A stretch of DNA of 64,000 nt from Marsupella aquatica (Eukaryota > Plantae > Marchantiophyta). Shown piece after piece: positions 12,841 through 23,606 of this stretch. The position numbers and the translations under genes are program-made. Position 1 is the stretch's first letter. Every line of letters starts with the position of its first letter. Under the pieces are notes generated by a model. The model worked only from the letters and a program-made list of their open reading frames with translations, did no database searches and was not told where the DNA came from. Location: contig OZ316891.1 in assembly GCA_973895155.1 (NCBI GenBank), positions 23,249,899 through 23,313,898 on the forward strand, read 5' to 3'.

Positions 12841-14039
12841 AAGACTTAGGGAGGATAGGTGATGGATACTTACTAGGGATTCGTGATTGAAATTGTCTGG
12901 AGTCTTTGAGTACCAGTTCTACACTGTTGCTCATAAAGGAGAGGTCAAACTCCTCTGTTTCTTCCACGTAGGACTTCACAAGGACGCGATTTGCTTCCAT
13001 CTTTCTAACACATGGCAGCATGACATGTGGCATCTTAGCAAGCATCCGATCTAGGGCAAAAAAAAGAATGGAGGTGGAGGCGGAAGGCGGAGGCAGGCGG
13101 AGGGGTGGAGGCGGAGAGAGAGCGGAGAGAGAGCAGAGAGCAGAGAGAGAGCAGAGAGCGAGAGGAGAGCGAGAGAGCGAGGAGGAGAGCGAGAGAGCAA
13201 GGAGTCTCGGAGTGAGAGAATGAGAATGAGGTCCTGGCTGGACCTCTCCGTCCCTTTACCCCCTCCTGCCTCACCCCGGCCTGCGTACGGCCGGTTGCCT
13301 CCTTCTCCTGCATACGGCCTGCTCCTGCGTACGGCCCGTTGCCCTCACCTTGCATACGGACCTCCTTTCTTGATGTTCTGCCTACCTAACAGCCTTGCAT
13401 GGTAGTCCCCGTGCAATTAGGCTCATGAAGATAAGGAGTGTCCGCAAGCTAGGGTGAACGCCTACTCAACCCTTATCTTCATGCAATTTCCGGTTGAGCC
13501 GACTCAAGCGAAGGGTATAATTTGGGAGACGCCCATTTTGGAGCTCATTCTTGTTCTAGTTTCCCAAATCTAAGCTCCATGTAATCCGGAGTTTCTCTTA
13601 ATGTGTTATGTATTGAGCCACTTACCTTCAATGGGTCAGCTTAGCCAGCTTCTTGACTTTTGGAGTCCTCTCAGTTTATCTTTTACAGACATGTGTGGTT
13701 TAGGGTTCAGTTTGTTTTTTACTCCCAAGATTTAGTGGCATATAGCTTGTATTTCAAAGGTTTTGGGAAGTTTTTACCAATCTACAAACAACAATGTATA
13801 CCCCTTGGATGTGATATTCATCTTCTACCAGATCTTAATACTAAGGTGAGTATAAGGTTAATGCATTCAAATATAAGGTTCCATTATTTCATGAAACTGT
13901 ATGCAGACATTAGGGTCTGCCTTAAGACCACGCAAACTTTAGGCTACACCATATAGGGAGATCCGTAAAATACGGAGTCTTCATAAATTTGGATTTTTCT
14001 TAGCTTAAGATGTTTGAAGTTTATCTCCCATTACATCAT

Positions 14040-15150
14040 GGATTGGTCTAGGATGGTCCTAGTCCAAGTTTGGATTCAGATGGTCCTAGTCCAAGTTTGG
14101 ATTAGGATCATCCGAGTCCAACTTTGCATTGGGATCATCCGAGTCCAACTTTGGATTGGGATCATCCGAGTCCAAGTTTGAACTTGGATGGTCCAAGTCC
14201 TAGTTTGGATTGGGATGGTCCGAGTCCAACTTTGGATTAGGATGGTCCGAGTCCAAGTTTGGATTCTCGTTTGGATTGGGATCATCTGAGTCCAAGTTTG
14301 AACTTGGATGGTCCGAGTCCAAGTTTGGATTGGGATGGTCCGAGTCCAAGTTTGGACTTGGATGGTCCCAATCCAAGTTTGGATTGAGATGGCCCAAGTC
14401 CTAGTTCGGATTGGGTTGACCCAAGTCCTAGTTTGGATTGGGATGGCCCGAGTCCTAGTTTGGATTGGGTTGGCCCGAGTCCTAGTTTGGATTGGAATGG
14501 TCCGAGTCCTAGTTTGGATTGGGATGGTCCAATTCCAACTTTGGACTGGGATGGTCCCAGTCCAAATCCAAAATTGAAGGATCGTAGTCCAAATCCAGAC
14601 TCAAAGGATTGCAATCCAAATCCGAACTTGGATGGTCCTGGTCCAAATCCGGACTCGGATGGTCCCAGTCCAAATCCAGACTTGGAGGATCGTAGTCCAA
14701 ATCCAGACTCAGAGGATTGCAGTCCAAATCCGGACTTGGATGGTCCCAGTCCAAATCCGGACTCGGATGGTCCCAGTCCAAATCCGGACTCGGATGGTCC
14801 TAGTCCAAATCCAGAATCGAAGGATCGTAGTCCAAATCCAGAATCGAAGGATTGCAGTCCAAATCCGGACTTGGATGGTCCCGGTCCAAATCCGGACTTG
14901 GATGGTCCTAGTCCAAATCTAGAATCGGAGGATCGTAGTCCAAATCCAGACTCGGAGGATTGTAGTCCAAATCCGGACTTGGATGGTCCCGTTCCAAATC
15001 CGGACTCGGATGGTCCCAGTCCAAATCCAGAATCGAAGGATCGTAGTCCAAATCCAGACCCGGAGGATTGCAGTCCAAATCCGGACTTGGATGGTCCCGG
15101 TCCAAATCCGGACTCGGATGGTCCTAGTCCAAATCCTGAATTGGAGGATA
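14040..15150. repeat. 27-bp palindromic minisatellite (about 40 units, two subtypes, higher-order structure in second half)
   Basis: Units such as ttggattgggatggtccgagtccaagt, then ccggactcggatggtcccagtccaaat; copy with perfect arms ttggactgggatggtcccagtccaa at 14541-14565. Confidence 0.95.
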
Positions 15151-15222
15151 GTAGTCTGAATCAAAATTTGCATGAGTTTGGTTTTAATCCATTTTTTCAG
15201 TGTGCAGGATAATAGGAAAAGG

Positions 15223-17106
15223 ATGTCTCAAAGGTTTTCTAGGGGCGATGATGTGACCTTGACAATGGATGGTTACAACGTTGGAAATGGGACAGTTCAA
15301 AAGACAGATCCACGAGAGAGTGTTCAAAATATTGTGCTGGGAGAGAATCAAATTGGGGTCATCGAGAAGGCCTTTGGTGAGACCAGGAAGCTCCCTTTTC
15401 CAATGCCTAGGGCGGAAAATCTTCATGATGCCATTGACTCATGTGTCATTTGGGATATGTCATGTGCATATCGATCTACAAATAAGATTACTCAAAAACG
15501 CATCAGTATTGGTAGTTGTTCGACTCAAAAAGATAACAACATCCATAATGTTGCAAATGTAGAGGAGAATGCTCCGACCAACCTAAGGCCAGGCGATGAG
15601 GTTGAAATGTTTGGTGTTCGCCAAACAAGACTGTGAAACAAAATTTGCCTTGTCCTTTTGCTTCTTAGAGGAAAATTTGTTGCTCCCATCGATATCAACA
15701 TTCCATACTTTAATGTGGACGTCAACCACATCCCATAGAACCCAGGAGCCCTTTGCCTCTTCAATTGTTGCAGCTCCACCATGTGCGTAAGGTAAAGTCT
15801 TACTACCATGAATCACATCTGTGATTTTTACACTAACCCGAGACTCACCGAGTAATATGTTATGACATCTCTCCATTGGATCGATCTTGAAAACAACTCC
15901 AAAGGCCACACAATGGCCAGAGATCACGGACACTAAGTGTGACTATTTTCATCGGGAAAACTGGATGTCAGAGTTGGTTGAACTCTACACTGGTTTGGAT
16001 CAAACCAAAATGGTTGCCACTGGAACGATCACTGTCCCTCAAGTGACGACAGCAGTTGATGATAAAATTCTTGGTGATGACCATGTTGGGATTGCTGTGA
16101 AAGATGTCGTGGCAGCACAATACTTTCCCAACATCCACAAGGGAGTAGTGAGTTTGATTTGATGGCGGATTGATTCAACAAAACTAGTTGCAAATGGAAA
16201 AATTTTGTCAGACATTTTGGTGGAAGGTTCTGAGAGGATGGACTCAATGGATAGGGATGAACTCAATGCGGATGTAAGTGACAGAGGAGTACTGCGTTCA
16301 AGGCCGTACAATTTTAACAAGAGGAATCAAGTAGATCCGAATGAAAAGAAGAGGAGGTTGTTGGAAACCAAGGCAATTTCAAAAACAACAAAGGCGTCAA
16401 TTGATGACGTGAAAAGAGAAAATTGTTGCAAGCAAAAATGTTGTCTCATTATGCCAAGGGAACACATCGAAGATATTAGGATGGAATTTCATGGGATGTC
16501 AAGTGAGTCAAAAACGTTACACATTTTCAACCTCTTTCACTATAGAGAGGATGATGTTTGTGATAAGGGACACCATGTTCTTAAGGGTATGGTCGTATGC
16601 AGACATGCATTGCAATTATCCACGGTTTTAGCCACACCAAATATTATGATTACAAAAGGAGATATGTGGAGGGTTGCAAAATTGGGTTCCATGGCAATAC
16701 GGGCTTGATGAAAACAAGGGCAAATACTTTGCATGCACGAGCTTTGTTGGAGGTTTTTTTGACTTGAAATGCAGAGCCCATGCCTCATATGCCTTATGGA
16801 GGGGCACATGGGACAGACTCTATTGAGTACCGTCTTCCGGCGTGTTACAAGAAGCTAGAGATTCTGGAAGATGTGAGAACAAAGATGAAGGAAGAAGGGC
16901 TTCCTCCTGTCACAGAGAATACTCTCTACAAGATCTGGAGCAACTCATTTGCAAACTTCAGTTTTCATAAAGATGGTGCATTTGCCAAGTGTACTCTTTG
17001 TTGTGAATACAAAGACAGTTTGATGCGAGAAAGAAGGAAAAAAGAACGTGCTGAAATTGAAGAAAAGCGAGCGCAACATCTTCGTGAGCAAATGTCACAT
17101 AGATAT
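15223..17106 (+). pseudogene. Transposase gene of element A: three Tnp1/En-Spm-like (DUF8039-type) small domains, then the N-terminal part of a Sola/DUF7869-like transposase; resumes 21842-21888 then truncated
   Basis: Three repeats of VAxGxV...LG...V...W; then CCKQKCC, VVCRHA, HGN, FAKCTLC, HLREQMSHRY|VYYAHQ across the 4.7-kb insertion. Confidence 0.6.
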
Positions 17107-20100
17107 TGTGGTGCTTCCCATGGCTCCCCAAACCCAAGAAACCCCCCGCACAAGCCGATTCCCGCAGGTTTCGTGCTCGGCGAGGCCATTTCCGCGGTTT
17201 AGCGGCATGGGATGCTACTAACTTCCTACTACTACTATTAACATTTTACACACATATACTGGATAGATTCTTCATCAGGTCATGAGATATGCAGTTGGCC
17301 TAATCTAGACCTTCTCTTGTCTTTCCCTCCTGTTGGTCAGGTATATTTGGATTCTGCCGCCGGAATGATCCCCAATTGGTTTGGTTAAGCCACTAAGACC
17401 TCTCTCAGCTCGACACATCCAACTCTCACTCCCTTGCTTACTTCCCTTCTACTTGTTGGTGTGGGCACTCTTCACACAAGTTAATGCGACACACAAATAG
17501 CAAAATGACTCCTTCTGACTGAGTTATACCATGCACTTGCAATACAAATAGTACATCTCATACACAAACTCTGCGAACTAAGCCGTGAGGCCAACTCTAT
17601 TCAGTTCTTAGGTATGAGGAAACATGAATATACACAAGAGTCACTGTATAACTAACCAAGAGCTTCTCTTACTACTTGATCCCAGCCCTGCTGGTGCAAC
17701 TAAAAACTTGCTAAAGAAGAGGCCCTAAACTCCCCGTAGCCCAAGTACTTATCCTGGTCGTGGATCCGCCTGATTCCTTGCAGCGTAAGCCTAATCTACC
17801 TACTGTAATCTACCTGACTGTAATCTACCTATGTACAGCGAGGCAGGAGCACAAGTGTTGCCCTCACCCGTGGATCCAAAATCCCACTAATCTAAATGTC
17901 AGGGCCGTCTCCTGGTCCTGATCCTAAGTCCAAACTTGGAGATTAGCGCCCGCCCTGCTCACTCACGCCTCCTACCTCCACGTCCGCCTTCCCTAAAAGG
18001 GACGGCGCCCTTACACCGTCACGACACCGGTGGCTGGTTCTCAATGGACGCCCCCAACGCTTCCTCCGCAGCCACTATCATTGGTCCATCTTCTGACAGA
18101 TTACCTGCCCTTGACCGAGTCAACTCTTCATTGGCCTGACTGGGTCCACCCTTGGCTTCGGCCTCAGCATTGGTCACGGCCTCCGATACGACTACGGCCT
18201 CCCCGACATGTTCTAGTGGAGGATCCGGTACATCAACATCATTACTGGTTCTCCCGACCTCAGCCTTGCCATCTCCACTTCCTAGGACTGGTGGATCCAT
18301 CGCCGTGCCGATGCCGAAGATTGGTGTCGGGTTTATCTTCTCGGTCACAACGGCTTGAGAAGCCGTATAACTCCCAGACCTAGAAGGTTTCTGCTTCTTC
18401 TTCTTCCCTATTTCGACAGCCGGTTCCTTCCCTTTGCCACTTACCTTTGGCACCGGGGTGAGTGTTTCGGCTTGTCCTGCGGCCAATACTACCCTTGGTA
18501 ACTGGGTTCCCCCAATTGGAGTTGGATCTGATGAAGCCAAGCATTTAAATACTGCGGCTTGTGTCTTCAGCCGCTCCGTTTGGTTGTCGGCCCGCCGCTG
18601 TAGGTTCTCCATCTTCCTTGTGATTTCCTCCAACTCCTCATGGGTCTCGTCCAGGTCCTTGCACGCCTCCTCCAGCTCCTTGTTGGCTTCCTCCAATTCT
18701 TTCTTTAAGGTGGCCCTCTCCTCCTGGGTTGCTCTTAGCTCCTTGTCGAGCTCTGCTACAACCACAGACTCCATCTTATTCATCTTGGCATAAGTCTGGT
18801 CGAGCTGGTCGTCCTTTTCATGTAGGTGAGCCTTGAAGCTGGCCGTTAGGGATGCAAGCTCCTGCTACAGCGCAATAATCCCTTGATAGGATTTCCCTAA
18901 CTCTGCTTCCTTCTGCTCAAGGGCTCCACGGATATCTTTGAGCTCTCCTTTCAACGCCCTCTCCCTTCTCTGGTTCTTTGCCATTGCCCGATTGTTGGTT
19001 GCTAAGTGGGCCTCCTCTGCATCCCTTAGCTCTCGCTTCCATTTCTCTCTTTCTTTGACTGCGCCGGCCAACTCTCCTTGGGTCCAAGTCAGTTTATCTT
19101 TGATAATCTGATTGTCAGACTGAGCGGTATCCAACTGCCCATGCATGATGTTTAGCTCATGCCGCTTAATCCGTAGCTCATCTTGGGCTTTCTTGGCCAC
19201 CTGCAGGACTTCCACCTTGGCTTCCTTCTCCCTAAGCCGTCGGATGACCTCGTCCTTCTTGCTTCTCTCCAAAGCCACCGCTTCTTCTAATTGATGCTTT
19301 TCCAACATCTCCCTCTAGAAAAAGGGTCCCTGCTCCAACTCCTCCCCAAAGATGCTGAGTGCCAGGTCCCCACACATCTCCCCGTACTCCATGGCTCTAT
19401 CCTTAGCATAGGTGGAGTAACTAGAAGTCATCGGCATCAACCATCGCGGCCTCCGCTCCCAAGCCGCCTTGCGGATTTCTTCAATGGTGGCAAGAGGGTT
19501 GCTTCTTTTTTCGGCAAGCCGCCTGATGTCCTCCGGCCAATCTCCTCCTGGTAAATCATTCTCCTTAGCCAAGGCTGCTTTTTCTTCCTCCCTAAGTCGC
19601 TCCTGAAATTCTTGTGCCGTCTGCTTTATGCCGTCAAAGCTTGGGGGAGCAATCTCTGGTGGGGAGACTCGGGGCTACTCTGCTGGGTGGGGTCCCCTCA
19701 AACTACTCTTGGAAGCGTAGGGATAAATTGGCCACAGGTCCTTACTCCTTGAACATGATGATCCGACCCATAGCCAGAGTTATCATTGCTGTAGTCCTCC
19801 ACCGCCTCCTCCACTATTGGGACTCCCGGCTTCTCCCTTTGTTCCCCTGGTCCAGTCGTGAAAATGGCCTCTAGTTCCTCTGGTTTCTAGGCTGTCGTCT
19901 CCCTCTGCTCTGCGCGGGAAGGAGCCTTAGGCTGCTCTCCCTCTGATTCGGGGCTTGAGGCTCCCACATACATTCGCACTCCCGGCTTGTGTTCTGGCCT
20001 CCTGGTCTCCTTGGCTCCGGTAAAGGGATCTTCCTTTCTGAGTTGGCTTAGGCCGACCTCTGGGGCAGCGTCCTATATCGGTGCCGTTGCCAGAACCGTT

Positions 20101-21836
20101 GCCGTTGCCGGAACCGTTCTCTTTTCCTTCTCCAGCAATTTCAGCAGATTTTGCATGCCTGGTTGCTGCATCGGCAAGTCTTCTTTCCTTGTCCTAAACA
20201 CCTGCTCGATCGTCAGACTGTCAGGCTGGTTGGGCTTCTCTGGTGCCAGCCCTTGCTCCGGAACCTCCTCCGGTGCCCTTGCCAATAGGGGAAGTACTGG
20301 GGCAAAGATTTGACTTCTGGCATACTGGCACAACAGCGGCATGTGATAGCCAAGCCGGGACACGCTTCCTACGCCGATCACCTGTTGTTCCTCCTTCAAG
20401 ATCTTCTTCAGTTGGTTGAGGAGGTACCCGTTGTAATCCCGGCTTGGGTGTGGCCTTTTTGCTAGGTAGACCTGAGCCTTGCCGATCTCTGCCCTCGGCA
20501 AGTTACAGTGCATGGTGACCCGCAAGAAATCGATCATCTCTCCGATGTGCGGGTTGGTGCAAGTGTTCCGGAAGAAGCCATTCTTTGTTGATGGTCATGG
20601 GAACGACCAGAACTCCTTGTCAGGTAAGGTCTTCCTGGTATCAACCTTGGTCTTATTACCCATCGGCAAGCCAAACACCTCAGCAATCACCCGGGGAGTG
20701 AGATAGAAATCCTTCCCATACACCCTCGTGGAATTGGTCTCGGGTTCCCATGATCCCACGAATTCTAATAAGTCTAAGTCCGGCACCTCCGGCTTCAGCC
20801 ATGGTAATCTTACAAAGGCTTCCAAGCCGGATCCGGCCATGAAGCCTTGGTACTTCTTGGTCTGCATGGCCGTAAAACATGCATCCTCCTCCTGTGCAAA
20901 GTGTAATTGCACTTCCTCCGGTAGGGTTGCCGCCCAGCCTTTCCAGATGTCATCGTTTGTTGGAATGGCCTTGATGGGATCAACCTCTTCCTCTTTGGCG
21001 TCTCCCCTTGTCCTGCTCTGCTGCTCTATTGGCTTCCTAGGTACCGTCGATCTCGTTCTTTTTGCCGGGGTGGCCTCTTCGTTGTTGTTTCCTTTCCTCT
21101 TCATCTCGGCTGCCGTGGATGTTTCTCCTAGCAAGGTTGCCTTCGTCCACCCCCTTTGTGTTACCTTTCAACTCCCAGTGTAAGTCATTGCAGCGATTGA
21201 TGGCTTCCCGGATGCCGACGATTCTGTTTTCGCAAAACAGAAGGTCATCGAGCTGATTGGCAGTAGGAGTCCACAAGAACTCGGCCTTGATAAGTTCTCC
21301 TCCTAAGAAAGCCGTCTTCTGCAGTTCCCAGAGCCAAGCAAGCTCCTGCCGTTCTCAAGCTGCTCTCTCCAATTCTTTGTCCTCATAAGTCCTGACGTAC
21401 TCACCTGCCCGTTTGAACAGGCATCCCCAAAAATGTGCCGCTTGATTGACGTTGCTCATAGCCTCCTTGAGTCGATCGTTGGTATCTGTTCCCACCTCGA
21501 GTGCTTGCCTAAGCAACTGACAACATTTGTCCTCCCGTAGTCGTCTGCCCAGTTTGTTCTTGCAAATGAGCCACTATTCCTTGTGAGCGGTCCTTACCCC
21601 TCTCCTCCTCTGGTCTTCCCTCCCGTTGGTCACCCTTAGCCGCCGACGCTTAGCGCGCCCTAACCCTAATTGTGTTCTCTCCCCCAACGTCCTTACTTCC
21701 GGCCTCGGCCCGGGTTCCATAGTCACCCTTAATTGTTTATAATTTCCTTGTTTTTGTTCCTATACTAAGGTGTTTCCAGGGTACACTCTTGCTTTACCAT
21801 GTAAACCGGGCTAGTGATTCCTGGCTAGGCATCACA
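17107..21836. mobile_element. 4.73-kb TG...CA element with 5-bp TSD (solo-LTR-like)
   Basis: Starts TGTGGTGC, ends GCATCACA, flanked by GATAT/GATAT; removal restores the transposase frame; no gag/pol or terminal direct repeats seen. Confidence 0.85.
18019..21134 (-). pseudogene. Retroelement accessory ORF (Athila ORF1/Transposase_32-like N-terminus plus long coiled coil), broken by stops
   Basis: LLEFVGSW...VYGKDFYLTPRVIAEVFGLP; E/K/L-rich heptads in ORFs 18019-18783 and 18865-19308. Confidence 0.6.
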
Positions 21837-21889
21837 GATATGTTTACTACGCTCATCAAGTGATGGCCAAACAACACCCAGGACAATAG

Positions 21890-23145
21890 GGCCCTTTATG
21901 ACCAATCACCCAATAACACGATGACGGACCAAACGAGAAGTGTGACGCCTAATGGAGAAGGGTGTTTTCAATTTTGATTGATTTTCGCCAATTTTCACAA
22001 TGTGCCCAACACATTTCTCGCAAAATCAAAGATTTTTGCAAAACCAACTAATTCATATCGTTCCCAACTTTGCAAGGAATGATGGCTTCATCCCAAATTG
22101 TGAATTTCAATATCCTCACTAACTTCAAATATTTTCATTGCGACAATAGAACCCATAAATATTTCCATTTTGGTTAGATTTTGAAAATAGAAATTTTGGT
22201 TACAAGGAAAATAGATCAAGAAAACAAAACTATTCTGATACCGGTATCGCTCCTCGAATTCCATTCAAATTTGTTTGCCGTTTCTTTCATAAAACGAAGG
22301 TTTTGAAATATTTACCACATTCTAATATTTTTTTACATCAAAGTTCACCACACAGTCAGCTGAAGTTACCTCACAGTGCACCACGTAGTATGCAAAATTC
22401 CATTGTCAACGTTGAAACAAGAATACAAATGGCAATGTCCATTTGTAATTGTTCCGGACTCATTTCTTAGTCCTTCCTCTAGCAAACCGGTGTCGCTCTT
22501 CCTCCCGGTTCACCTGTAATCCTCACTCAAATACAGTCCGCGATACTGGTATCGCTCTTCCTCCTTGACCACCTATAAACACCACTCCAATACAGACCGC
22601 GATACTGGTATCGCTCTTCCTCCTTGACCAACTGTAAACACCACTCCAATACAGACCGCGATACCGGTATCTCTCTTCCTCCTTGACCACTTGTAAACAC
22701 CACTCCAATACAGACCACGATACCGGTATCTCTCTTCCTCCTTGACCACCTGTAAACATCACTCCAATAGAGACCATGATACCGGTATAGCTTTTTCTCC
22801 CGACAACCTTGAATACCAATCCAATAAACATAACAATACCGGTATTTGTCGTCCTCTAGGATCACATTAACCATGGGTTAAGTTTCGTAGTCAACCACGC
22901 AGTTTATGCAATTTACCGCCTCAAGTGGATTTTTTTAACTGTTTGGTTGCGCAATGCAAAGAGCGATCCGCGTATCGCTCTTCACTTTCAAGACTCCAAA
23001 ACAAACGATATTCTCACTCATGGGCGTTTTGTATCGGAGATTTCTTTACTTAGCTGCGATTTTGCGATCGGGCAAAACGAGAAGGGTGGTCACACTTCTT
23101 GTTTGGTCCATCACTGTGTTCAATGATGGAGATGAATAAATGACC
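21890..23145. mobile_element. Non-autonomous element bounded by degenerate inverted repeats, with internal 59-bp tandem array
   Basis: About 21915-21947 (aacacgatgacggaccaaacgagaagtgtgac) is inverted at about 23088-23120; no convincing TSD. Confidence 0.6.
22480..22860. repeat. 59-bp tandem repeat (about 6 units) containing palindrome GCGATACCGGTATCGC
   Basis: Palindrome variants at 22540, 22599, 22658, 22717, 22776, 22833; isolated copy at 22237. Confidence 0.92.
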
Positions 23146-23606
23146 AAAATTTCTAATGACACAAAAAGAATGACAGGAGAATGACTGTCCACAATGACCA
23201 ATAGACTGAAATGACAAAATGTTCACTTTTGCGTCATTTTGTATAATGTTTGTAATGACTGATGCGACCAAAATGGAGGTATTCTATTGTGCGAGAAAAC
23301 ATGAGTTTTGCTAGCAAGGATAGCAGGATAGCGAGGCAAGTTTGTGCGTAACTTCAGGGTAGTTCAGGCGGATTCCCAAGTAAGATTGTCGATATATATT
23401 GTGAAACAATTACGGAAAACAAAAATGCAAATACTTAAATATTCACAAACGCAAAAATTGAGATCTTCACTACACTGAATAGAATGAAAAGGCATCATCA
23501 CTATGAACAAAACCAGGTCAAAAAACCTTTCACAATCCATCTTTTATAAAACTTTGGTATGACAAATATCTTCTGGAATGAGATTGCATCTGAAATTGAC
23601 CATGAG

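Noticed and set aside
13020-13355. ORFs over the GA-rich tract
   Set aside because: Low-complexity sequence, likely 5' UTR or promoter of gene A.
13424-13483. 13-bp stem hairpin catgaagataagg/ccttatcttcatg
   Set aside because: Single occurrence with no TSD or RNA-gene features.
14433-15212. 259-aa DGPSPNP-repeat ORF and overlapping ORFs
   Set aside because: Product of the 27-bp minisatellite, which is open in many frames on both strands; no evidence of coding.
22480-22860. CRISPR-like array (palindromic repeats at regular spacing); same for 10485-10870 and 41438-41590
   Set aside because: Intervening sequences are near-identical rather than unique spacers, no cas genes, eukaryotic context.
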